Numbered from the stretch's first letter, positions 1-7,564 are shown. The stretch is DNA of 64,000 nt from an uncultured Gammaproteobacteria bacterium (GCA_964634875.1 CAZWKA010000005.1:27167-91166); one strand, 5' to 3'. Made by a program: numbers and translations. The notes: generated by a model from the letters alone, not told the origin.

Positions 1-112
1 GGCAACGAAAGAAGAAGTTATTGTGGAGGCTCGAGTGAATGCCGACAAACAGGTGAAGCAGCTCCTTAGGTATGTGTTTCCGGATAGGGAAGTGGTGGTA
101 AGTTTTAAATAA
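1..112 (+). CDS. 3' end of an upstream gene (DUF4230-like C-terminus, tentative)
   Basis: Frame 2 is open from the window edge (ATKEEVIVEARVNADKQVKQLLRYVFPDREVVVSFK*), with the stop at 110-112. Confidence 0.55.
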   Translation, partial: ATKEEVIVEARVNADKQVKQLLRYVFPDREVVVSFK

Positions 113-117
113 AAACT

Positions 118-1053
118 ATGTCCGAGAAAGAAGTCTCTTATTTTGAAAATAAGTCTAGTGTAGCATTGGAGCGTTTATTTAATGCGCCTGTAAAACTAGC
201 TTCGAGTTCGGCGTATCGCCGCGACCAACTTGTCGTCGTTGGTTTTAAACAAGAAAATATTTCAACTGTAGCGATGCCAGACGAAGAGGAGAACAAAGTG
301 CAGCAAAGATTAAAAGAAGAAAAGTATGGGCGTGGTATTTCCGCAGGAATTGCAGCAGCAAAAGTTGGCTACCTGGCTGAGCGCGCAGATCCTGGGGATA
401 TGGTGATTGGTATGGATACGCTGCCAGTGTTTTTTGCTCCCGAGCCGACTGATGAACGACTCTTTACACCAGGTTTTTTTAATAAGCCTGAAAATGCCGA
501 GGATGCCAAGCGCATGATACAGGAAGCCTTTACCAATATTGTTGCGGGGTATCGAAATTATATGACAATTACTGGTGGTAGTTGGGGGCAGGATGATTTT
601 TCTTATGACCCCCATAATGATTCTGAAAATGATGAAATGACGTCGAGTGAAAAACATTATACACTGATTGGAAATTATCGTTCTGCCACAGTACGCGTTG
701 AAACAGGTGTAGCGATTCGTTTTCCTCACGAATCTAAAGTCGATTCCTTTGTCAGTGCTGTGACGCTGTTGCCGCGAGCGCTGTATCGCATTGCTCAGAC
801 CAAAAACCTCGAAGAGCAACAGGGAGCGATTGACGCGCTGGTGGAAAAAGTTATGAACGAGCTTGGGTCCCAGTCGCTTAAAATTACAGGCGCAGTAAAT
901 TGGGGAAACAAAAAAGTGCGTACTATTTTAGATGTACAAGAGTATTTGCCGCACAGTGATGAGTCAGCGGTTGAGAAAGGCGTTTATTTAGGTGCCCCAG
1001 AAAAAGCAATTAAAGATTTTTTACTCAAAAAGTTTAAAACTCCATCACGTTAG
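118..1053 (+). CDS. Divergent Maf/YhdE-like nucleotide pyrophosphatase family protein
   Basis: Maf-like motifs in order: [42 protein letters not shown]; carries large insertions. Confidence 0.55.
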   Translation: MSEKEVSYFENKSSVALERLFNAPVKLASSSAYRRDQLVVVGFKQENISTVAMPDEEENKVQQRLKEEKYGRGISAGIAAAKVGYLAERADPGDMVIGMDTLPVFFAPEPTDERLFTPGFFNKPENAEDAKRMIQEAFTNIVAGYRNYMTITGGSWGQDDFSYDPHNDSENDEMTSSEKHYTLIGNYRSATVRVETGVAIRFPHESKVDSFVSAVTLLPRALYRIAQTKNLEEQQGAIDALVEKVMNELGSQSLKITGAVNWGNKKVRTILDVQEYLPHSDESAVEKGVYLGAPEKAIKDFLLKKFKTPSR

Positions 1054-1058
1054 ATTGT

Positions 1059-2168
1059 ATGTCCAAAGATTATTACAAAATTCTCGGTATCGACAAAAAC
1101 GCTTCGACCGATGAAGTAAAGAAAGCGTTCAAAAAAGCCGCGATGCAGCATCACCCGGATAAACCGACCGGGAACGAGGCAAAGTTCAAGGAAGCCAATG
1201 AGGCCTATCAGATTTTGTCCGACAAAGAAAAGCGTGCCCGTTATGATCAGTTTGGTTCTGACTTTGAACAGCAGGGTGGTTTTGGTGGTGGCATGAGTTG
1301 GGAAGATTTGATGCGCGCTTCACGCGGCCAAGGTGGCCAGGGCGGCGGATTTGAATTTAATTTTGGCGGACAAGATTTTGGGGATATTTTTGGCGACCTG
1401 TTTGGTATGGGTGGTGGACGGAGTCGTGGCAGTGCTCGTCAGTCACGTGGCCGCGATATTCAGGTTGATGTCGAACTCGATTTCAAAGAAGCGGCGTTTG
1501 GCGTGGAGCGTGATGTGCGTTTGCGCAAGCAAGATACGTGTGACGTCTGTAAAGGAAATGGTGCTGAGCCGGGCACTAGCATGGAAAAGTGTGAAACATG
1601 TAAGGGTCAGGGGCAGGTGGTGCAAAACCAGCGCACGTTCTTGGGGAATATGCAGACAGTGGCGACTTGTCCGACGTGCCAAGGGCGCGGCGAACATTCG
1701 ACAAAGAAATGCAAGCATTGCGGTGGAGACGGTGTGCTGTCGAAGGAGTCGACAATTAAAGTAAAAATTCCAGCAGGTATTGATGAGGGGCAGTCGATTC
1801 GTATTACGGGTAAAGGCGAAGCCGCCCCGCATGGTGGCACGAGCGGTGACCTCTATGTGTTGACCCATGTTAAACCAAGCAAAGAATTCCATCGTGAGGA
1901 TTTTGATGTATATGTAGATAAAGAAATTTCGTATCCGCAAGCAGTGCTCGGCGACACGATCGAGGTGCCGACGCTTGAAGGAAGTGTAAAGATTTTGGTG
2001 CCCGAAGGAACCGAGTCTGGTCAGTTGATCCGTTTAAAAGGCAAGGGGATTACGCATCTTGGTAGCACGACTCGCGGAGACGAGTTTGTGCGGGTCAAAA
2101 TTCGGGTTCCAAAGAAAGTCAGTAAAACGGCTAAAAAGCTTCTGGAAGAACTCAAAACCGAAGTTTAA
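1059..2168 (+). CDS. dnaJ: Chaperone DnaJ
   Basis: J-domain with HPD, G/F-rich linker, four CxxCxGxG zinc-finger repeats, C-terminal domain. Confidence 0.98.
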   Translation: MSKDYYKILGIDKNASTDEVKKAFKKAAMQHHPDKPTGNEAKFKEANEAYQILSDKEKRARYDQFGSDFEQQGGFGGGMSWEDLMRASRGQGGQGGGFEFNFGGQDFGDIFGDLFGMGGGRSRGSARQSRGRDIQVDVELDFKEAAFGVERDVRLRKQDTCDVCKGNGAEPGTSMEKCETCKGQGQVVQNQRTFLGNMQTVATCPTCQGRGEHSTKKCKHCGGDGVLSKESTIKVKIPAGIDEGQSIRITGKGEAAPHGGTSGDLYVLTHVKPSKEFHREDFDVYVDKEISYPQAVLGDTIEVPTLEGSVKILVPEGTESGQLIRLKGKGITHLGSTTRGDEFVRVKIRVPKKVSKTAKKLLEELKTEV

Positions 2169-2205
2169 AATTGGCTATAATTAGCCAAAATAGTGCGAAA
2201 AGGCC

Positions 2206-2234
2206 TTGACAAAAGGCCTTTTTTGTGCTATACT
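2206..2234 (+). promoter_or_regulatory. sigma70 promoter of the GC-rich gene array
   Basis: TTGACA (2206-2211), 17 bp, TATACT (2229-2234), with extended -10 TG. Confidence 0.85.
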
Positions 2235-2272
2235 ATTTTGTTCGTCAAACAGACGAATTTTTTGTTTATAAA

Positions 2273-2284
2273 GCTCTTTAATAA
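2273..2284 (+). promoter_or_regulatory. boxA-like antitermination motif
   Basis: GCTCTTTAATAA versus rrn boxA GCTCTTTAACAA; preceded by a small hairpin TTCGTC-AAACA-GACGAA (2241-2257). Confidence 0.5.
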
Positions 2285-2285
2285 T

Positions 2286-2329
2286 TTCTTACGGTGGAAA
2301 CAGGGTATCCCTTGTTTCCACCGTAAGAA
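2286..2329 (+). other. Long 5'-leader hairpin of GC-rich gene 1
   Basis: Perfect 17-bp inverted repeat TTCTTACGGTGGAAACA / TGTTTCCACCGTAAGAA around GGGTATCCCT. Confidence 0.85.
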
Positions 2330-2358
2330 CCAAACCGTTCACTGGAGGGAATTTCGTC

Positions 2359-2910
2359 ATGAAGACTGAGTCTGTCCTCGAGAGTGCCCGCAACCTCGGC
2401 CACATCACGATCACGCTCGGCTTCGCCGCGTTCATCGCTGCGATGGTCGCGAGCGGGTGCGGCACAGAGCCGGTCGGACAGGGCGACGTCGAGGTCGCGA
2501 CCCCCGCGCCCGCGCCGGATCCGCGCTTCACAGCGCCGGGCAACCCCGATTCTCCGCCTTGCTTGGGCTGCGGTTACGCAGCCACGGCTGGCGAGAGCAA
2601 GTCTGTCGCGCCGCCTGCGTCCGTCACCGTTCCCAGCGGCTTCACGCTTCCGCTCGACCTCTCCGGCACGCCCCTCAAGGCCTACCCGGCCTACTCGGCG
2701 CTCTGCCGGGGTGGGGATGTGTCTATCCTCTCGGACTGCCGCAGCCAGGAGCGCGTCTGCACCGCTCCCGAGAACTCCAACGTGGCGGTCGGCTCGATCG
2801 ATCGTCTGTGGTGTTCCGACGGAACGCAGGTCCTCATCCTCATCTGCCCCCTGGACACGAGCGGGGACACGTTCACGGTTGGTACTGAGACCTTCGCTGG
2901 CTGCCGCTAG
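2359..2910 (+). CDS. GC-rich hypothetical Cys-rich lipoprotein (cassette gene 1)
   Basis: SD GGAGG at 2344-2348; hydrophobic stretch ending VASG|C; strong GC3 bias in this frame; TAG stop. Confidence 0.8.
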   Translation: MKTESVLESARNLGHITITLGFAAFIAAMVASGCGTEPVGQGDVEVATPAPAPDPRFTAPGNPDSPPCLGCGYAATAGESKSVAPPASVTVPSGFTLPLDLSGTPLKAYPAYSALCRGGDVSILSDCRSQERVCTAPENSNVAVGSIDRLWCSDGTQVLILICPLDTSGDTFTVGTETFAGCR

Positions 2911-3010
2911 CCAGCCCCCCCCGAGTCTTCGGACACGGGAGCCCTACGACCCGGATTAAAAACCCGGGTCGCTCAAATAAATTTCTAAATTTTGTTTGGA
3001 AATTTTGAGA
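2911..3010 (+). repeat. Structured 3' module copy 1 (C-tract, cUUCGg hairpin, GC hairpin, 38-bp AT palindrome)
   Basis: Hairpins at 2920-2939 and 2947-2971; 2973-3010 nearly identical to 4378-4414. Confidence 0.8.
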
Positions 3011-3041
3011 GTAAGTTCTTTACAACTTAAGGCTACTTACA

Positions 3042-3090
3042 CTCCTGTGGTTAGAACAATGCTTAATGAGTCTTGTTTCAACCACGGGAG
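3042..3090 (+). other. Long imperfect 5'-leader hairpin of GC-rich gene 2
   Basis: 24-nt arms CTCCTGTGGTTAGAACAATGCTTA / TGAGTCTTGTTTCAACCACGGGAG; most mismatches are G-U wobbles. Confidence 0.75.
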
Positions 3091-3119
3091 CAATCCCATT
3101 TCCTAGGGGGAAGAACACC

Positions 3120-4307
3120 ATGAATCAGACTTTTGCCTCTGCTTTCGCCATCGCCACCACTGTCCTCTTCGGCGCATGCGGCTCGTTGCCGCGGTGGGAG
3201 GATACAATCAAGGCGCCGGCCTTCCAGGCTGTGCGTGAGATCGTGGTCGCGAACGTCCAGCTGGACAGCGCCATTACTGGTACGGCCAACGGCCGTGTCG
3301 TGGTGGCCAAAGAGAAACTGTTCGACAAGACAGTGCTCCTCGGTGCACTCGAGAGCTATGACGTCGTGAGCGGCAGCAAAATCGCTGAGCGCATCCCGAC
3401 TGGTGACTGGCGCGAGACCTGGCACAGCGGCGCGCTCGTCGCTGGTGCGAAGGGTGAGGCTCTTATCGGCCTCGGCGGCGAGTTCCGGCAGATCAACAGC
3501 GATCTCGCGGACACGCAGCGCTTCGATCAGGCCTACACCTATGTGAATCCGGTCTGGACGCCCAGCGGCTGGCTCATCGGCGGGGCGGACAAGTTCGACG
3601 GTGGCGACTCGGTGAAGTACTACTTCAACGATCCGACTGGCGATTCGCCCCCGAGCTTCGCCTTCGACGGCTGTGGCTGGGTGCGGGGCATCGCGAAGCT
3701 GGGTCACACCACCTTCGCAGTTGTCTCGCGGCGCGATGGTAACGCCAAGAACTGGTTCGAGCTGCTCACCTTCACGAAGGGCGCACAGCACGTCTATCGG
3801 GCGCTCAAGACGGACACGGGACGAGTCGGAGGCTACTGCGGCGGTCTCCAGGGTCTGGAGCTTCTCGCTATCGAAGCGGATCGTGCTCGTGAAGAGGTTA
3901 TCGTCGTGTGGTCGTTCGATAAGGACGAGAACTACGAACTCCACGTTACGGCGTTCTCTGAGGACGGCCGGTTGCTGCGGGATCAGAAGCTTCTTTCCCG
4001 CTACGAGCGCGTGTATGCGGCCAAGATCTTCCGTGGGGGAGTCGCTGTCGTCGGGCTGAGCAAGCTCGGCGCTGGTGGCTTCACGCTCAAGCTGATCTCG
4101 ACCGACAGCACCATCAAGGAAGGCGAGGCAATCCCAAATAAGGATGTTGACTCGGTGAGTTCCTTCCGGATCGCCCAGGCTGACCCGAGTCACCTGGTGG
4201 TCGCCTACACCTCGCCGAGTCGGACGGCTGCCCAGGTTCGCTCCACGGTTCTCAAGGTCTACGACCTTGGACCGGGCCCGGGAGACGAGCCGCTCCACCT
4301 CGAGTAG
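3120..4307 (+). CDS. GC-rich hypothetical lipoprotein, possibly beta-propeller (cassette gene 2)
   Basis: Start moved to ATG 3120 (AGGGGGAAG at 3105-3113); lipobox LFGA|C; beta-strand-rich; C/G-ending codons. Confidence 0.8.
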   Translation: MNQTFASAFAIATTVLFGACGSLPRWEDTIKAPAFQAVREIVVANVQLDSAITGTANGRVVVAKEKLFDKTVLLGALESYDVVSGSKIAERIPTGDWRETWHSGALVAGAKGEALIGLGGEFRQINSDLADTQRFDQAYTYVNPVWTPSGWLIGGADKFDGGDSVKYYFNDPTGDSPPSFAFDGCGWVRGIAKLGHTTFAVVSRRDGNAKNWFELLTFTKGAQHVYRALKTDTGRVGGYCGGLQGLELLAIEADRAREEVIVVWSFDKDENYELHVTAFSEDGRLLRDQKLLSRYERVYAAKIFRGGVAVVGLSKLGAGGFTLKLISTDSTIKEGEAIPNKDVDSVSSFRIAQADPSHLVVAYTSPSRTAAQVRSTVLKVYDLGPGPGDEPLHLE

Positions 4308-4414
4308 CCTTCCCCCTCATCTCTTCCGCGCTTCGGCGCGCTCGAGACCAACGCCCGCGATTCACTCGCGGGCGTCTTCAATTAAATTTCTAAATTTTAT
4401 TGGAAATTTTGAGA
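4308..4414 (+). repeat. Structured 3' module copy 2
   Basis: C-tract 4308-4317; CGCGC-TTCG-GCGCG 4327-4340; 10-bp hairpin 4351-4375; AT palindrome 4378-4414. Confidence 0.8.
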
Positions 4415-4513
4415 AGCATTATAACGCTAACACCTTTACAAAAGGTGTTTTTTGTTATCTACTACTTTAGTCTTTAAGTCTCTGCAACGCCCACTTGTCG
4501 GAGGAAATGCAAC

Positions 4514-5701
4514 ATGCATGTTTTTCGAATCATTGGTTGGTTACTGCCCGCGTGTCTTTCTGCGTGTGGCGAACCGGGTATGACCCCAGGTGCTGCTGAC
4601 CTGCCTCCCTCGGGCGATGAGCGTGGGTGTCAGTCCTTTGGTAATGAGGTTGTTGTCCGGGATGTGCCCCTCGGCGAGACGTATCGTATCGCTGCCTTGG
4701 CGAACAGCTACCTGGTCGCCTGGCACACGAATACCCGCGATGTTCCGAGGGAAGTTAACTTCCACCTGTTTGGTCTTGGCGGAGAGGCTGTCACCACGAA
4801 CCCAGTCACGATCCCGCATGGTGAGGTTGATCTCAATTTCGTGATCGCCGGCAAGGACGGGCGTTACTACGTCCAGACGGTCGAGTCGGTGGCCGGCCGG
4901 CCGTTGTATTGGCTGCATGCGTTATCGCCCGAAGACACTACCTCCATCGTTTCGGCACCGCTCACTGAGAACATGAATGTCTCGGGGATGGCTGTTAGTC
5001 CCTGGGGCCTCCTGGCTGTTTCTGGTAGTTCGACGGCGGAAGAGAGTAGCTACGCCGTTTCGACGGTGGATGAAAAAGCTACCCTGACTCATTTCGCTGA
5101 GATCCGTGAGGCGGGCACGACGTGTCCGGTCGTATCTGCGGTTGCCGCGAGCCATAATCAGCTTGCGATCGCTGCGGTGCGTGAAACGACGAGGGGTACG
5201 AGGAAGCTGAGCGTCATCATCCGTTCGGCAGACGGTTCGGTGAACGATGTTCTTATCGAGGAGCACCAGCGGGTAGCGCTCGAAGAGGCGTTCTACTGCG
5301 CGTCGTACGCTGTTTACATCAAGAAGCTCTTCGCCCTGCCCGACGGTTCGTTTGGTGTGTGGTGGTGGGACTATCGCGTCGCTGGCTACTACCTGACCGT
5401 TGTGTCGAACACTGGCGTTGCTGGTCCGGCGCGTCGAATCAAGCCGGTTCAGTTCCCGGGCATCTCTGATTTGGCTTGGGTGGAAGGTGATTTCGTTGCC
5501 AGCGTCTACCAGTACAACGGTCGGCCCGATGAAGTCGGTATTCTGCGTCTGCAGCTTGACCTGGAGGTTGAGACGAGCGACTACCTGAAGCTGGGCATCG
5601 ATAGTTGGGAGGCACCAAAGATCGCTTCCACAGGGCGACACTTGGCCGTCGTGCGCAATTCGCTTGAGTCACCCGCGGTCTACTTTCTCGCCTGCCGTTA
5701 G
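4514..5701 (+). CDS. GC-rich hypothetical lipoprotein, possibly beta-propeller (cassette gene 3)
   Basis: SD GGAGG at 4500-4504; lipobox LSA|C; beta-rich sequence; ends FLACR; TAG stop. Confidence 0.8.
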   Translation: MHVFRIIGWLLPACLSACGEPGMTPGAADLPPSGDERGCQSFGNEVVVRDVPLGETYRIAALANSYLVAWHTNTRDVPREVNFHLFGLGGEAVTTNPVTIPHGEVDLNFVIAGKDGRYYVQTVESVAGRPLYWLHALSPEDTTSIVSAPLTENMNVSGMAVSPWGLLAVSGSSTAEESSYAVSTVDEKATLTHFAEIREAGTTCPVVSAVAASHNQLAIAAVRETTRGTRKLSVIIRSADGSVNDVLIEEHQRVALEEAFYCASYAVYIKKLFALPDGSFGVWWWDYRVAGYYLTVVSNTGVAGPARRIKPVQFPGISDLAWVEGDFVASVYQYNGRPDEVGILRLQLDLEVETSDYLKLGIDSWEAPKIASTGRHLAVVRNSLESPAVYFLACR

Positions 5702-5769
5702 GCGATTTTGGCAATTTAGTGCCATCCCCAATCTATATTGGGCATGCGTGCGGACATGTTGCCCTCCGC

Positions 5770-5810
5770 TTTTCTCTTGAGCGCTTACGTATTAAGCTCT
5801 CAAGAGAAAA
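5770..5810 (+). terminator. Long hairpin closing the GC-rich array
   Basis: TTTTCTCTTGAG-C-GCTTA-cgtat-TAAGC-T-CTCAAGAGAAAA. Confidence 0.6.
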
Positions 5811-5850
5811 ATTGTTTACCCTGATATTTTTTGGTAAACTACAGATTGTT

Positions 5851-6363
5851 ATGGCTTTTACTAAAAATGATTTTGAAAAGTTTTATAACGATCACTTTGA
5901 TAAAGTGTATCGTTTTATTTTCTTTCGGATTGGCAGCAACAAAGATGTGGCCGAGGATTTGGTATCCGAGATTTTTATGAAAGCGCTCAAAGCGTTCGAA
6001 ACGTATGACCCGAAGGTCAGCCAGTCAGCATGGATCATGACGATCGCAAAACATCATCTCCTTAATTACTGGAGGGATCGTAAAAATGCGGTGCCACTGC
6101 CCGGAAGCGAGATGTCCCAAGAAAATGGTGTGTTGGATAGTTTTTGGCTTAAAAGCGCTCTGTTACAGTTTGGTGTCCAAAAGGAGAAATGGCACGTAAC
6201 CGAACTTTTATTAAAATTAGAAACAAACGAGCGGGAAATTGTAACTTTTCACTACCTTTTGGGGTATAGTTATTTAGAGATTGCTGAACTGCGGGGTCAA
6301 AGCGAAGGGGCGGTAAAAGTTGCAGCCCACCGAGCGATTAAAAAAATGCGTGATTGGTTATGA
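5851..6363 (+). CDS. ECF RNA polymerase sigma factor
   Basis: Region 2 (AEDLVSEIFMKA...AWIMTIAKH) and region 4 (YSYLEIAE...VKVAAHRA); ATG at 5851. Confidence 0.9.
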   Translation: MAFTKNDFEKFYNDHFDKVYRFIFFRIGSNKDVAEDLVSEIFMKALKAFETYDPKVSQSAWIMTIAKHHLLNYWRDRKNAVPLPGSEMSQENGVLDSFWLKSALLQFGVQKEKWHVTELLLKLETNEREIVTFHYLLGYSYLEIAELRGQSEGAVKVAAHRAIKKMRDWL

Positions 6364-7109
6364 AATTTTTACTAAAATACAATTTAAGAAAAATGGGTAA
6401 AGCCCTGAAGGCCGAGCCTGCTTTTAAGCAAATGCTGTGGGCGGTGCTCGAAAAATCTTTGGATACTTCCCGTGCGCCGAGAGTTTTGTGGTACCAAGGA
6501 TATGTTTTTCGGGTGGCAACTGCTTTTGTGCTTGCTGCTGTAGTTGTTGGTGCAACAGGCGCCTATGCTTATGCGAGTCCCACAGTTACCGAGGGTACTG
6601 TTTTGTACCCAGTAAAAAAGACACTGGAGAAAGTGGGGGAGAAATTACAGGTCACGCCCGAGAAGAAAGCGGTCTTTTTGTTAAAACAGATCGATCGCCG
6701 CGAGGCTGAGAAAAAAGTTCTGGAGACGAAGCATCAGCCCATCCAAAACATTGAGACAGCGATTGGGAGTACTGAACAAAAGCTCGAGACAGCGAGCGCG
6801 GCACTTAAGGCGACGCCAAAGAAAAATCCGGCTTTACTTAAAAAAGTTGAGAAACGTTTGACGGAGCGCCAAGAACGGCTTGAAAAAGCCAAACGTGAAT
6901 TGGAAAAACGCCTAGAAAAACGGGAAGAACGTGATGAGGATGATAGTGAGGGGAAGGAAGAAAAGAAAAGGGAAGAGAGTGGTGTTATAGAGCAGCTCGG
7001 TGAGAAATTGTTACAAGATAAACCTGTGGAGTCACGCGAGCAGAAAAAAGACTTGGAAGACGTGGTGCAGGAGAGTGTTGAGGAAAGGCTTATGGATCGG
7101 CTCAGATGA
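6360..7109 (+). CDS. DUF5667-like single-pass membrane protein (putative anti-sigma partner)
   Basis: ATGA overlap with the ECF gene; TM helix; GTVLYPVKKTLE motif; coiled coil. Confidence 0.7.
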   Translation: MKFLLKYNLRKMGKALKAEPAFKQMLWAVLEKSLDTSRAPRVLWYQGYVFRVATAFVLAAVVVGATGAYAYASPTVTEGTVLYPVKKTLEKVGEKLQVTPEKKAVFLLKQIDRREAEKKVLETKHQPIQNIETAIGSTEQKLETASAALKATPKKNPALLKKVEKRLTERQERLEKAKRELEKRLEKREERDEDDSEGKEEKKREESGVIEQLGEKLLQDKPVESREQKKDLEDVVQESVEERLMDRLR

Positions 7110-7117
7110 TAGTTCTA

Positions 7118-7154
7118 AAAAAGAATGCCTCTTAGTTTAAGAGGCATTCTTTTT
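7118..7154. terminator. Bidirectional intrinsic terminator
   Basis: AAAAAGAATGCCTCTTA-gtt-TAAGAGGCATTCTTTTT between convergent genes. Confidence 0.85.
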
Positions 7155-7156
7155 GT

Positions 7157-7564
7157 CTATCTTTTGACTGCTGCATCAAGTATTTTGTTAACCTCGGCAT
7201 CGGCTTCTTTGTTGCCCGCGCGCAGCGTGTGGCGATAGGTAACTTTTTTGAATTTGGTGGAGAGGTTATAAGCTGCGAGCCATAATTTTTGGAGCGTCGG
7301 TTCTTTGACGCGGTATTCACGACGCATCTGTTTGACAGCAAGCTCGCTGTCGAGAATGCAGTCGACTTCAGTGGCGCCGAGCTCGAGCGCTTTTTCGAGG
7401 GCGAGAATGAGTGCGGTGTATTCGGCAAAGTTGTTGGTCTGTGTGCCTAGGTATTTACCAAAGGCTGCAACGACTTCCTGATGCTCGTTTTTGACCACAA
7501 CTCCAGCCGCCGAAGGTCCAGGGTTTCCACGTGAGCCGCCATCGGTAAAAGTAATAAGTTTCAT
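7157..7564 (-). CDS. rnhA: Ribonuclease HI family protein
   Basis: TDGGSRGNPG, TNNFAEY, DSEL, NKEAD motifs. Confidence 0.9.
   Translation of the reverse strand: MKLITFTDGGSRGNPGPSAAGVVVKNEHQEVVAAFGKYLGTQTNNFAEYTALILALEKALELGATEVDCILDSELAVKQMRREYRVKEPTLQKLWLAAYNLSTKFKKVTYRHTLRAGNKEADAEVNKILDAAVKR

Noticed and set aside
3078-4298. 406-aa antisense ORF (also 2384-2959, 2457-2888, 4922-5641, 62294-62746)
   Set aside because: Shadow ORFs expected from high GC3; SD, signal peptide and codon bias support the other frame.
2911-4414. Classical integron attC sites / CALIN
   Set aside because: No RYYYAAC...GTTRRRY core boxes, no integrase in the window, and the units carry long structured leaders.
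2973-4414. CRISPR array from the 38-bp palindromic repeat
   Set aside because: Only two copies, 1.4 kb apart and separated by a whole gene; no cas genes.
2170-5810. Prophage, IS or DGR explanation
   Set aside because: No phage, transposase or reverse-transcriptase genes, no TR/VR pair and no clear target-site duplication seen.
5719-5850. Extended N-termini from the ORF track (also 3066, 29169, 57994, 58659, 63211)
   Set aside because: The extensions run through hairpins or intergenic DNA; downstream ATGs fit the family start or the SD/TATG context.
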